NCBI RefSeq assembly: GCF_009914755.1
Contig: NC_060933.1
DNA: 64,000 bases
Strand: one strand, 5' to 3'
Source: the human T2T-CHM13v2.0 reference genome, Homo sapiens
Under the pieces are notes generated by a model that worked only from the letters and a program-made list of their open reading frames with translations, was not told where the DNA came from and did no database searches. Made by a program: the position numbers and the translations under genes. Below, one piece after another: positions 26,981 to 40,826 of the stretch. Position 1 is the first letter of the stretch. The number at the start of each line of letters is the position of its first letter.

Positions 26981-28884
26981 TAACAGACTCATATCCCACC
27001 AACAAATTATTACTTTCCTTTTTTCACCTCTCCCACCACGCCTCACCGTGGTAGATTTTGTTTGCTTTGGTTTTTCATTTTTCTTCAGTTTCTTTTATTT
27101 AGTCCACTTACTATTAAGTACATATCACTGTACTAGACAACATGGTTAATACAGAGACTGGTGAATCAAAGAACTTTCTCTCAAAGAGTTCTCATTCTAA
27201 CACAGTAATTCTCAATATTTTTTATCTTGACACTTAATGGATGGCATTAATATGTGCAACACATTCTCAAGAGCAAACGCAGAGTTATGAACAATTTCTG
27301 ATGCATTTGCTTTTTCTATATCCATGTCTCCTGTGCCTAAGAAATTGCACTTGAGTGCTAGTGAATGAAAGCAGCATTAAGGAGTTTGAAACATATCATA
27401 GCTGTCACCCTGAATCATTTGTATGTTGTTATTTTACCTACTATTAGTTATAAATTACTTACAACCCACTTCACTGCTGATTACTACATCCTGGGTTTTG
27501 ATGTCTCAGATGAGAACAACTGGCCTAGTGAAAGGAGAATGCTGACATCCGAGGCATTACCTGCAATCCAAAGCAGAGTGATAGAAGGGTTTAGCAGAAA
27601 TACTCAGAGGGGACACAAAAAGGAATAATAACACATGCTGACTTGGGCATATAAGGTGGCTTCCCAGAAGACTTGACATCCATCCGACCTAAACCCAGGG
27701 TTTCAACAGAGACTAAATCACTTCATTAGTAAAAGAGCACTCTTTATCCCATCTCCTCCAAACCCAGATGTTCCCCAGTTCTTTGACTGAACTCAGTGGA
27801 GGCTGACATTTCAATTAGAGCAAAGAAATTCCATGTGATTGCTACACCTTCCTGAGATAGGTGACAGGAAGGTAACTCTTCAGAATTCAGCTTCCATGAC
27901 TCTGTCACTGTGTCTCCCCAAAAAGGATATTCAAAGAGTCAGCCTCCCTCTCTTGCATTTCTGGACAAAAGACTAAGTCAGGCCAGATTCACCAGTTCTC
28001 TATCATCTGTCAAATGGCAGACCTGGGACAAACATGGTTTTCTAGTCCCTGGCCTAATGTTCTTTCAACTTTATTGAATGTGTGATGATCTTTAGAGGTC
28101 CCTTTTAACCCTGGCTTCTGAATCATGTTTTCTTTTGAGGTCTTGCCTGCCAGTCTAAAGGAAGGATTTATAGACACCATCCCTCCCATCTCTGCTTCTG
28201 AGTCAAAGCTGTTCATTTCAGAGGACTTACAGATTCCAGAAGACTCTATTTTAAGAAAAGCTCTTTCCCTGTTTCCTCCTCTCCTGTCTATTCTAGCAAA
28301 GTGTGATCACTGGGTTTCATTCTACTGCACAGTTTTCCCAAGTGGCTTTTCCATTCTGTGATAGCAGAGGAGTAGGAAACAGCTCCCCACTGGAAGTAGG
28401 TGCCACAGTGAGAGCAATAAAGTTCTACAGAACAGTATTGCATAAAGAAGATGGCTTGGAAAGGTGTGTTCTTTCATGTAGGTTGAAAAAAGGGAGCTTC
28501 ACTGCCAGATAGGGAAGTTGTGTGGAGCCTTTGCTCCTGTCTACGAAAATCACAGTGAAGACTTTTAAGGTTTAGAAGTAAAGCTAGGCCATCCTCTGCA
28601 GTTAACTATTCTTTTGAGAAAGAGCTGCTGGCTTGCTACTCAGCCCTAATAGGGACTAAATGCTTGATTACAGGCTGTAATCTGCAGATTTACAGAATAC
28701 TTTGTTACCATTATGGCATTGCACACAGCAGTGCTTTTGACCAGGGAACTCATGAGCAGAGTGCAGTCTGACACTCCAGTATATAGTTGGAGAGGCATCC
28801 TATCATCAAGTGGGAATGATGTATGTGAAACTCTTCATCAGCACATGACTCAGATTATTACAGTTCCTACTCTTGCTACATTCC

Positions 28885-29520
28885 CTCTTTTCTCTTAACC
28901 CACCCCTATGGCTTTATTACAAGTTCACTATGACCAGCTGATAACGAAAGAAGGAAAAAATCCCAGGCCTGGTTTACAGATGGTTCTGCAGGATAAGCTG
29001 GAAGAATGTAAAATTAGATGGCTGTTACACTACAGTCTCACTTAGGGGGGTCCTGAAGGCAGTGGTAAGGGGATGTTCTGCCAACAGGCAGAACTTCCAA
29101 ACAATGCACTGATTATTCATTTTTGCCTGGAATAAGATAGAACAAGGTATAGAACCAAACTGATGAAAGGTAAGTGACTAATGGTCTGGTTGGAATGCCA
29201 GGGACTTGAAGGAATACCACTTAAAAATTGGTAACAAGAAGGTCTGAAGAGATGTATGTGATAGATCTCTCATATTAGGCACGATGTGAAAACATGTTTG
29301 TATCTCACAAAAGAGGAACCTCAGCAGAAAGGAAATTTAATAATCAGATGGGCCAGATGACCTATTCTTGCAGGTCTTAGATGACCCATGTGTTGGTAGA
29401 TATCTGTCAGCCTCTTTTCTGAGCCACCCTGTCCTTGTCCAGTGGGCCAAAAAACATAGCGGTCATATCAGCAGACATAGAGGTTATGCATGGACTCAAC
29501 AATGGACTTCCACCGACCAA
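28885..29520 (+). pseudogene. Degenerate ERVL-class pol remnant (RNase H and start of integrase)
   Basis: gcc tgg ttt aca gat ggt tct = AWFTDGS (RNase H first Asp motif) at 28967-28987; QWAKKHSGH integrase-start motif in ORF 29368-29649; frames broken. Confidence 0.8.
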
Positions 29521-29866
29521 GGCTACAGCCCTCGCTCCAGGCCCTCTCCCCATTGCTGGCTGTGCACCACGGAGGCAGTCACCATGCAGGGACAACAGCT
29601 CTCCATACAAGTTTCTGGAGCTCCCTTCAGTGTCCCACTGGGATGGTAGGATGTGTGGGCTTCTTGTATTTCTCTCTAAGCTCTGACTTCAGGAGCTTGC
29701 CAGTGTGCATCACATATATTAGCAATCTGATCCTTCAACTTTCATTTCCAGATCTTCGCTTCCCCAGCAGGGGCCACGTTTGTATAATGTCTAATTCCTA
29801 AAATGAATCTCCTATTCCCCTAATACTAATGGGGGCTTTGTTTCCCTGACTGAATCCTGGCTGACA
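29521..29866 (+). mobile_element. LTR16-like ERVL LTR, 3' portion
   Basis: Ends gctttgtttccctgactgaatcctggctgaca and directly follows the ERVL pol remnant. Confidence 0.55.
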
Positions 29867-30624
29867 AAAGAGAAGTAGGAAGTGAAAGTAACATGCATTT
29901 CATCCAACTGAGGTCAGTTACAATTGCTAGCTTTTCAATTTGCAACCTGTTTGTGTAGTTTGTCCACAGTCTTGAAAGCGAGGAGTAGGATGGAATGGGA
30001 TTCCTATGCATAGAATGAAAAATAAACACTGGAAGGAAATGCCTCAAATCCAAAATAATGATAATAATGACTTTCTTTTGGTGGTGAGATTGTGCATAAT
30101 TTATGTTTTCCTTTTACTCTTCTGCTACAGAATTTCCAAACTTTTATAATAAATGTACTTTATTAGTGGAAAAAATAAACTTCATTTTGAAAAAAAATTT
30201 TAAATGTACAGGTTACTTGATGACATATACATACACTAGATCATAACACAACATCTATTTGTTGAATAGGGTTTAATTAATAGCTTTGCATCTAGTGTAT
30301 ACTTATAACAAGGGTACCAGTTCAAAAAAAATTTAGTTTTCAGTATCTTAAGCAATAAATAAAACTAAATGGCTAATGAGGCTCCTTCAGCTACAAGAAG
30401 AGGCTTTCTAAGTCTCAAAGTATGGTGATTTATTGTAAGGACACATATTACATTAAGATTGCCGGAATTTTTAATTGCCCCAAGTTTAATGGAGGTGCAG
30501 AGTACACAGGGGCCTCTTAGAGCCTGGGTCTGACAACATCTCTTGGGAACTTGAGAGAAAGTTATGGGTCTTCACTCAAATAGTGTACTAATTAATAGAT
30601 GATTTGGCTTTTCTCATGTATTTC

Positions 30625-30650
30625 TGTGTGTGTGTGTGTGTGTGTGTGTG
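30625..30650. repeat. (TG)13 microsatellite
   Basis: Directly visible. Confidence 0.97.
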
Positions 30651-31159
30651 GTTGCTTATAAGGAAAATTAGATCATTTCTTAAAATACCTTAATCCTTTG
30701 CATATTGCCAGTACTTTATCTCATAGACAATGGGAAGCTATGGTGGAGTTTGAAGCAGAAAAGTTAACTATTCAAGTCTGAGATCGGGATTAATTATTAA
30801 AAACTCGGGTAGCAGTGTAAGAAGAGAAAAACTCCATAGGCATAAAGGCCAACTAAGATGTTATTGTGACAATCTAGGCAAGGGAATAATAGCTAACTGA
30901 CTCAAGGAACCTGCAAGAAAAACTAAGAATTATGTTGAAGAAACTAATGAAAGTGTCATGTTAGCATAGTTAAAATCTATTTGTTTGACTTTAATAAAAG
31001 GCTACATTGTTCTAGAGAAGAGCAAAGAAAGATTTGCCTTGCTTTTAGCCAGGCTAAGAACAGATTTCTTCTTACCTATCTGACAAAGCAACCTGATGAT
31101 ACATGATAATATGATTATTACCCCTGCATGAGGGGAAAACATTGATTGGCTGAATGCAT

Positions 31160-31545
31160 TAATCATCCTGGACTGGGTTGTGCTGCAGTAGCAAATAACC
31201 ACCACATCAAGGCTGAAAACCACAAGGCTAATTTCTCTCTCAGATTATAGTCCATCATGGGTCAGCTGGGGGCACTGCTCTTCGGCAGCCTTGTGCTCCA
31301 GGATCAGAGCAGCTACCATCTGCCATCATTTGCTTTTCACTATGCTAGTTGGAAAGAGAGAGCGACCAGTCACATACCAGTTTTTAAAGCATCTGCCTGG
31401 AGTGGAATACACCACTTCCACTCACATTCCATTGGCCAAAGTAAATTATATGGCCATACCCCACTTCAAGGAGCAGAGCAGTGCAGTACTGTATGCCCAG
31501 TTAGAACCAGAAATCTTTCTGTGAATGGATACTAATGTCTATTCC
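31160..31545 (-). mobile_element. MLT1 (J/K-like) LTR
   Basis: cacttccactcacattccattggccaaagtaaattatatggcc motif. Confidence 0.7.
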
Positions 31546-34500
31546 CATTGCATATGGCTTCATCATTAGTGGTATTATATTGGCTGCCTTGAATCTCTTC
31601 AACTACCCAGAGATAAGGAAAAATATTTTAAAGTAAGACCCTACCCACAGCAGCAGGCAGACTTAGTGAGGCAGTCTCACTAAGCACAAACTTAGTGAGG
31701 AAGCCCCAAGGTCTCAACTATTTATAGTTGCAAACCCCCAAGACATTTCCTGATAGATTATGGATATACCGTACACTAATAGCCTTAGTAGAATTTCCGT
31801 TCTGGCTTCTGTCTTGTCAGAAATCTTCCCTGCGGTCTACCTAGGGCCTCCCAAGCCATACCGAGGGCTTGTTCTTTACCTTCTGCCCTGCTGTGCACAA
31901 CGAGTGTTAAACAGCTGTCCTCTCCCACCTCAGGGAGGGCTGTGCATCCACAAGGCACTGTTAGTGCGGCAGCATATGCTAGTGGAGCACTTGGGATGCA
32001 GGCTGGATGGAAAACAGGGGCTTAATTGAATTAGACGCACAAACTCTGGATATTTTTGTCTGCAATCTTTATAGCCCCCTGTCTGTTTGCCAGGGAAAAT
32101 CTGTCTACTTTCACGTGATCTGCTAGCATTTGGGATTTGTTCCCCGCACCTTCTACTAAATCCAATAGCCATGTCTCATTCCCTTGCATTCTCACATTCT
32201 ATAAACCCAAGCAAAGAAAGCCTTTAAAAATAGTTCTGCACTCCTCATCAGAAATAGACATAAGTAGCAGTGCTGAGTATGAAAAAGGGCCTGAGCGCAT
32301 CCTGCTTGCTGCGTTCCACCTTGCTTTGCACCTGCCAGCCTGGTAAGCAAACAGTCTCACTTTCCTGGTGATAGGAGCAGTCACGGTGTCATTTAAAATA
32401 CAGATCACCCAGGCTATCCTGGGGAAAATATAAATCAGAAGGTCTCGATAGGGTCCAGAAGTTTATAAACACTTGAAATGAGTCTTACTGTTGAGTGAAG
32501 TTAAGGAACAATGGCCAGTGTTTCTGCCTTCCTCTTAAAACACTTGGAAGTCTTTCAACTTCAAAGCTTCAAAACTGGAGAATGATACCACAAAACTACT
32601 TAAATAACCTCAACCCAATATACTTTCTCCTGTTATAAAACTTCTTCAGCCTCTATGCATATCTGGTGTACTTTCATATAATTTTATATTGTACAATATG
32701 GAGCTATTGTCTCCAGCTGTTTCACTGTGTATGTTTAGTTTCTCCCTAAAAGGGCAAATTCCCTAAGGTCACGCCTGGGGCCTCTTCTTGATTTGTCTTC
32801 CTTTTCCCTCCTCCCACATCTACTTGCATATCTATCTTATCCATCTATCTATATCTACATGTATATTTGTATCTACATCTAGAACTACGGCTATATCCAT
32901 CTTCCTTTTAGAATGTAAATTCCATGAAATCACAAGTCTTGCCTTGTAGGTCCAATTAGAAATAAAGTTTTGAACACGTCTGAGACATATCAATGTCTGT
33001 TGAATTACCTTAAAAGATGTAATTGTTGCTGCCTTCTTTCATTGTGCTTTACCAACATGATTATTCCCTGTTTCCTTCTTTTCATCCTCTTTCCAATCCC
33101 TGCTCTCTGGCCCTTGTCTAGACTCCCCTAAAGAGCATTTATCTAGTCCAATGGGTAGAAAACAGAAGCTAAGAGCTTATGACAAATAGTGTGCAGTTTT
33201 TATTTTTGGCTGTCCACATCTATTCCTCCAAATTTTGTTAACAGCAACAAAGAACCATCTTAGCATCTGTATGGAGGTGAGACTCACCCAGACTTGACCG
33301 ATGAGCATATTCCTTTGCCTCAAGGATCTTTTTCAGGACTGAGGATACAACCCTGATTAGAATCAGGGTTTGGGATTTTTGCCGGGACTTTGGGAAAAAC
33401 TGGCTTTTGTATTGCTGAGGTTGCTAGCTGGAGAATATGAGAGTAGGCTAGAGTTTCTGGGAGCTCTCATGTGGAGACAGCCTGCCTGATAATAACAGAA
33501 ACACAGAGAAGAACAGGGCAATGTGCTGGCCAGAGATGCAGGCAGGTATGGAGAGTCAGGGCAACATTGCTGAACAGGGCCATGTGATGCATGTTCTTTT
33601 TTATCCAAATATTGACTGTGGACAAGGCTCAACTGTGGCAGTCATAGCAGACTGAGTTTAAAAATCAAAGTGGCAGGGGTAGTTTTCTCTGCAGGAAATA
33701 TGCTGCCCTGGTGTTCCCCACACACATGGCCAGGTAACCTCTTGCTTCCCTTTATTGATATCACTCAGAGACTTTCCTAAATGCCATCCCATTCTCTTTT
33801 TATACACTGCACTCATGTTACTATGCTGTCTGCAATAGACTTGTGTTCCCCTATAGTCTGTGAGCTCCTTGAGAGCCAAGGTCAGATTTTCCGTGTCTTG
33901 TACCCCCTATAACTAACACCATACCCGGAGGTGTTCAATGCTCAATACACAAGGGCTGCATGAGGAAGTGAATGCATATAGTAGATTAGAGAGTTCAACT
34001 CAAGGTTTCTTGACCTGCAAATCCAAGGCACATGTCTCCAATAAAACTTAGAGCTACTAAGACAAAAATGCTTCTTGCTTTCTTGACATTGCTCATGCAG
34101 GGGAGAGCCTAATATGAACTGAAGTTGTTGGCCCTACTCCCTCTCCACTCAGATGGCAGCCTCTGGCCAATTTGTGAGAAGACTTGCCGCTGCGAGGTAG
34201 ACAGCAGCTTTCAAGCTGCTGCCAGCTGGGCCATTTCTCCCCAGGTGTCTAAGAGGCTGGGAGAGATGGGGCATGATATTGAGCCAGGCCCACTGCTCTG
34301 CTTATTGGAGGATACTGAAGGCAGCTCCAATGCCCCACTGCACCCTGTGGGAGGCAGAAGGAGAGCATTTTTGTCCCCAAAGGGAGAGGACAAAGGGATG
34401 AGGGAAACAGAAAGCAAAGAAGTCTTTTGTTTTTATTTTATTTTTAGCATCTACCCCCAAGGAAACTGGCAGCAGCCATCCATCTGCAAGTATATGGAAC

Positions 34501-36268
34501 CACTGGTTGGAAATGCAGGCTGCGGCACCAGTACCTGGCTTCTTTCTTTTTGTTTTCTTCTTTTTTTCCTCATGTAATAATGTTTCCCTCCAATTCCTAG
34601 AAAAAGAAGTTGATAAAATAACTGTTTTCATTTGAGAAATATTTTGACAAAAACCATCAAAAGGCCAGTTTCCCCCAGTAACCAATTTCTATTACAAAGT
34701 AAGATTTCCACAAGGTTTTTCTTCCCAAGGGGTGAGGCTGACCTTACATTACTTCACAGAAACCCAATTGACTCCTGTGAAGTCACCATATTATCTCGTA
34801 TCTTCTTTTTACCTAGGCTACCTTTCATCTTTCAACTTATGTTGAAATTGCATCCAAAGTATATATAACCTGTTGCAAACAGGATTGTGGTCATGAAACA
34901 AATGTTGTACCTAAAAGTAAATGCCAGTGAACACAATTCAGACAAGTGGATGCAAGTTTCTTTCCTTTCAGCAAAGATTTTGATGAATAAGACCTCTTCT
35001 TAGGTAAATATCACTCACTTTCCCCGTGTCAACTTCTCAGCTGTACTAGGCTTACTCCCTTTTACTGCCTGCCTTGAGGGAAAAGTCTAATAAAAGTTTA
35101 TATGTAGCAAATCAAAATGGAAAAAGTTCATAGGATATGGAGAAAGCCCAACTCCACAGCACTAAAGAAAGAGGTAACACTTGTGCAAATACAGTGCGTG
35201 ATTGGCTCCTCTGATCCAGCTCTTGAGGAAGAGAAGATAAATAGGATTCCTATCAGGTGTGCCCAATTGTTAAAGATCTAGCATCTCATTCTATTCTCTG
35301 GAAAGTATGCTTACAAAATACAAGCTAATCTCCAAGGGGTACTTGCACGCACTTCATGAATATTAACAATTTTCTAATCACTACTATGATGTTCATATAA
35401 TGGCTTCCATTAACAAAACAACGAATTTTGCAACAGTGCCCTACAATTGTTTGATGCCTCTTGGTATTTCCATCTCATGACAGTAATGAAAAAGGATTGC
35501 ATATATTACTTGATATTTTGAGGTAATTATATTCAGTTGCTATAATACACAGAGTTGGCTTTAATGGAAATTCCATTAATAGTGATAACAATTTGTATCA
35601 TTTGATCTCAGAAAAAAGAATGCTGCTTTATATGTCTATGTTAATGCAAAATTTGCAAAGTGGCATTGACATTTGCTAAGATGTGCATTTCAGAGACATG
35701 TGGAATTAAGCTAGGTGAGACCCTGAAACAAATGGCCAGTTTAGATAATACACTCAAGTCTCACAACTTGAGTGGAAAACAAATGGAAGGTGTTGCTATT
35801 GCTGATCATGTGTATCTTCCTTTCCTTCCCCTACAGAAAATATTCCTCAAATGGGTAAGTCGTAGCATTGGCTAAAATTTATACTTCACAATCCAACCAA
35901 TACAAATATCAATGGTAAACTGTACATTTATCTCATTTTTGCCATTTTTTAATTTTTAACTTTCCATGTTATTGATGATAATAATAACAAGTTTTAGGCA
36001 CTTATGTAGCAAAATATTAATACTCATGACACATGATTAAGTAGGTATCATCATATCAATATAATGAATGAGGGTATAGAAAAAAAAGGATTAGAAAGAA
36101 GGCACAGACAGAGATATATTGTCTGATTCACACCAGCCTGCAAGAGTGAATTTTGTATATCCCTCTCAACTTTGCGTTCAGTGAAATCACATTGGTAGTT
36201 TGAAACAGGCCACTGTGAAAGTATTTACAGCATAAAAATTGTCAAGTCCTTTAAATCAGCACATCCCC

Positions 36269-38626
36269 TGTATTATTCCACTCTCGTACTGCTATGAAGA
36301 ACTGCCTGAGACTGGGTAATTTATAGAGCAAAGAGGTTTAATTGACTCACAGTTCTGCATGGCTGGGGAGGCCTCAGGAAACTTACAATCATGGCAGACG
36401 GGGAAGAAAACATGTCCTTCATCCCATGGTGGCGGGAGAGAGAAGTTCAGAGCAAAGTGGGGAAAAGCCCCTTATAAACCCATCAGAACTCATGAGGACT
36501 CACTATCACAAAAACAGCATGGGGGAACCACCCCCCATAATCTATTCACCTCCCACGAGGTCCCTCCCATGACACGTGGGGATTACGGGAACTAGAATTC
36601 AAGATGAGATTTGGGTGGGGGCAGAGCAATACCATATCATTCTATCCCTGGCTCCTCCCAAATCTCATGGCCTCACATTTCTAGAATCTTCTGATCCGTA
36701 GTCAGATGCGTTATCCATTGCGCCACTGGCCCCGAGTTGGCCTCACATTTCTAAACACAATCATGCCTTCCCAACAGTCCCCCAGAGTCTTAACTCATTC
36801 CAACATTAACTTAAAAGTCCATGTCCAAAGTCACATCTGAGACAAGGCAAGTCCCTTCTGCCTATGAACCTGTAAAATCAAAAGCATATTAGTTACTTCC
36901 TAGATAAAATGGGGGTGCAGGCATTGGGTAAATACACCTGTTCCAAATGGGAGAAACTGGCCAAAACAAAGGGGCTACAGGCTCCATGCGTGTCGAAATC
37001 CAATAGGCCAGTCATTAAACCTTAAAGTTCCAAAATGATCTTTGACTCCATGTCTCATAGCCAGGTCATGCTGAAGCAAGAGGTGGGCCCCCATGGCCTT
37101 GAGCAAGTCTGCCCCTCTGGTTTTGCAGGGTGTAGTGCCCCTCCCAGCTGCTTTCACAGGTTGGCATTGTCTGTGGCTTTTCCAGGCATATGGTGCAAGC
37201 TGTCAGTGGATCTACCATTCTGGGGTCTAGAGGAGGAGGACAGTGACCCTCTTCTCACAGCTCCACTAGGCAGTGCCCCAGTGGGGACTTTGTCAGGGCT
37301 TCAATCCCACATTTCCATTCCACACTGCGCTAGCAGAGGCACTCCGTGAGGGTTCCACCCGTGAAGCAAACTTCCACCTGGATATCCATGTGTTTCCATA
37401 CAGCCTCTGAAATCTAGGCAGAGGTTTACCAACCTCAGTTCTTGACTTCTGTGCACCCACAGGCCCAACACCATGTGGAAGCTGCCACAGCTTGGGGCTT
37501 GCACCCTTTGAAGCAATGGCTCAAGCTATATCTTGGCCCCTTTTAGCCATAGCCAGACTTGAAGCAGCTGAGATGCAGGGCACCATGTCTCAAGGCTGCA
37601 TAGAGCAGAGGGACCCTGGGCCTGGCCCACAAAGTCATTTTTCCCTCCTGGGCTTCTGGGCCTGTGACGGGAGGGTCTGCTCTGAAGTTCTCTGGCATGC
37701 CCTGGAGACATTTTCACCATTGTCTTGGTGATTAACATTTGACTCTTTGTTACTTAAGCAAATTTCTGTAGCCAACCGAAATTTCTCCCCAGAAAATGGG
37801 TTTCTCTTTTCTACCACATCATCAAGCTGTAAATTTTCCAAACTTCTGTGCTCTGCTTCCTCTTGAAAGCTTTGCTGCTTAGAAATTTCTTCTGCCAAGT
37901 ACCCTCAATCATCTGTCTCAAGTTCAAAGTTCCACAGATCCCTAGAGCAGGGGCACAATGCCACCAGTCTGTTTGCTAAAGCAAAGTGAGAGTGACCTTT
38001 GCTCCAGTTCCTAAGAAGTTCCTCATCTCCATCTGAGACCACCTCAGCCTGGACTTCATAGTCCATATCACTATCAGCATTTGGTCAAAGCCATTCAACA
38101 AGTCTCTAGGAAGTTCCAAACTTTCCCATTTTCCTGTCTTCTTCTGAAACCTCCAAACTGTTCCAACATCTGCCTGTTATCCAGTTCCAAAGTTGCTTCC
38201 ACATTTTCAGGTATCTTTACAGCAGCACCCACTACTCCCAGTACCAATTTACTGTATTAGTCCATTCTCATGTTACTATGAAGAAATACCCAAGACTGTG
38301 AAATTTATAGAGAAAAGAGGTTTAATTGACTCACAGTGCTGCATGGCTGGGGAGGCCTCAGGAAACGTATAATTATGGTGGAAAGGGAAGCAAGCATATC
38401 CTTTTGCACATGGTGGCAGGAGAGAGAAGTGCAGAGCGAAGTGGGGAAAAGCCCCTTATAAACCTATCAGGTCCCATGAGAACTCACTCACTATCCCAAG
38501 AACAGCATGGGGGAACCACCTCCACAATCTATTCACCTCCCAAGAGGTCCCTTCCACAACATTTGGATATTACGAGAACTAGAATTCAAGATGAGATTTG
38601 GGTGGGGGCACAGCCAAACCATATCA
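36269..38626 (-). mobile_element. Full THE1D-like MaLR: LTR 36269-36639, internal 36640-38252, LTR 38253-38626
   Basis: Two homologous LTRs of about 370 bp (tgtatta...accatatca) around a typical internal region of about 1.6 kb (ctgagacaaggcaagtcccttc, ccattcaacaagtctctagg). Confidence 0.95.
36681..36732 (-). pseudogene. Tail-less, 3'-truncated tRNA-Arg(ACG) retropseudogene (nt 1-52)
   Basis: Minus strand reads GGGCCAGTGGCGCAATGGATAACGCATCTGACTACGGATCAGAAGATTCTAG, matching recalled human tRNA-Arg-ACG with one CpG transition; 16-bp TSD TGGCCTCACATTTCTA at 36668-36683 and 36738-36753. Confidence 0.93.
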
Positions 38627-40481
38627 TACTCCCTACCCCCAAAAGCTGATTGTTAAACATTTATCAGTGTACCACTGCTGACAAAACTAGTGAGTGGCTG
38701 AATTGAGATTTAAACTCCATTCTGTCTGACCCCAAGATGGGTGAAAACCACTGGCCAAAAAGCCAGTTGGTTTTTTTCTACTTCTGGCTTTATTATGGAG
38801 TTTTATGTCCTTAGGCATATCCCTCCATGTATCTGCCGTGCATTTCATCATCTACATCATGAAGCTCTTAAATCTCTAAATAATGAATAAAAGCTCAAAA
38901 ATTTAAAGGTGCATTATCAATGTATTATTATTATTTGGTAAGAGCAAGAGTTTTGAGCTTTGATGATTACCCCTTTCCCCATGTTCATTTAGAATTGAAA
39001 AGAGAGCATCTCTCTTTCCCATCTTTCCTTCTCTAATCCTCCTTCTCATGGTCCCTTTGGTAAGATTCTCCCAGAGACAGACTGAGACAAGGATTGACAT
39101 GCAATTGATTTATTAGGAAAGTACTACCCAGAAATCATGGGAAGCAGGATAAGAATGAGGAAGAAGCCAAGAAAGGATGTGATTTCAGGAGAATCCCAAA
39201 GGAGCTCAGGAGCATACATAACATCACAGAGTTTGTCTTGTCTAGCCTCAAATCGAGGAAGTTGGACTTTTGTGCTCCCCACTACACAGCCATCAGCTAT
39301 AGGGGAAGAGGGTTAACAAACTCCCAGGCACTACTTTGCTTTCTCTGCTGATAAAGGTGGGCTCCAGTGCCCACCTCTGAAAGTCACAGGTGTCAGCCAT
39401 TGGCAGCAAAGCCTTGAGAAGAGGAGATATGGGTGCACAGAGCTAGAAAAAAACAATGGGCCAATAGAGCCCACTGTACTTCCACAAATTATGTTTAACT
39501 GAAGACCCTGCTTCATCCAGGCTGGCCAACAGTATATGTCTCTTCTCAGAAAACCTGATTTGCCTATTCTCCTCTGGTCTAATGAGAATATATTAGGAAA
39601 CTAGACTTCTCTGGAAATGTAGAAAGGAAGAAAATAGTTTTTCAGGATAGAGGCACCCAATTCTATTTCGGGGAGAGAGAGAGGAGGCAAGTGGGGGATA
39701 CCATAGCCTGTGCTCTGTATAGCCTGTGCTCTGTGCTGAACTGGCCCCAAAGGAAGAGGAAGATTATCTTGCTGGGGAGACACCAGACGTTACCCCTCCT
39801 CAGTGAGCCTATAAATATGGACCTTTCTCTGTTATGGCATGTCACATTAGGTGGTAATTTCCTTTACCCACTCTTTCCACAGCCCAAGTGTGAAAGAAAA
39901 GTACATGGCCAGTATAAGATAGGCCATGTACATGAATATGAGATGTTTATACCACTCTTGGTTTCTTCAGTAGATTGTGCCAGGTTTCCGGATGAGTATT
40001 GAGGCCAAGTATAATGCAACACTATCTATATAATCACATAAATCACTGGTGCCATGGGAAACCATGACACATTGAGAAATTTCTTTATAATTCAGCATTA
40101 TTTCCATGAAATCTTAATGTGCTGCAGAACTCTAAATGTTTCCCCTTCTGCAAAATGTCCACATATAATGTAGGAATTATTACCTCATTATGTCTACTGG
40201 GAAATGGAGGCATCAATTAAGTGACAGGTCCATTAGTAGTCACTATATCACCTCTTGCTTTAAAATAATACCTCGTTGCATGGAGACAAGGGTTGGTTAC
40301 AAGCAGCTTGAAATGTTACTTTGTGTCGTATCCAAAGAACCACACCCCACACACCACTCACCAGGTTTTGAGTTTTGCGGTTTTTATCTCCTATATCATG
40401 CAGGCCTATATTTTTTAAAAATCATTTTTCTATTTGCTCCTTATATTTTAAAATGTATCCTAGTTATCTTAAGGAACAGGT

Positions 40482-40826
<345 letters not shown>

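Larger units (their letters stand above)
36130..38677. mobile_element. MER63-like hAT element split by the THE1D insertion (about 36130-36268 and 38627-38677)
   Basis: cacattggtagtttgaaacaggccactgtgaaagtatttaca on the left; terminal gattgttaaacatttatcagtgtaccactg on the right. Confidence 0.65.

Noticed and set aside
34125-34685. 150-aa and 127-aa ORFs plus a CTCF-like CAGATGGCAG near 34150
   Set aside because: Non-ATG starts, low-complexity ends, no homology recalled; the 5' half of the CTCF motif does not match
36681-36732. Functional tRNA-Arg gene
   Set aside because: Lacks the T-loop/B-box and the 3' acceptor strand, and is TSD-flanked inside a THE1 element
36264-38631. TSD for the THE1D element
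   Set aside because: Flanks TCCCC and TACTC match at only 3 of 5 positions, so no TSD is claimed
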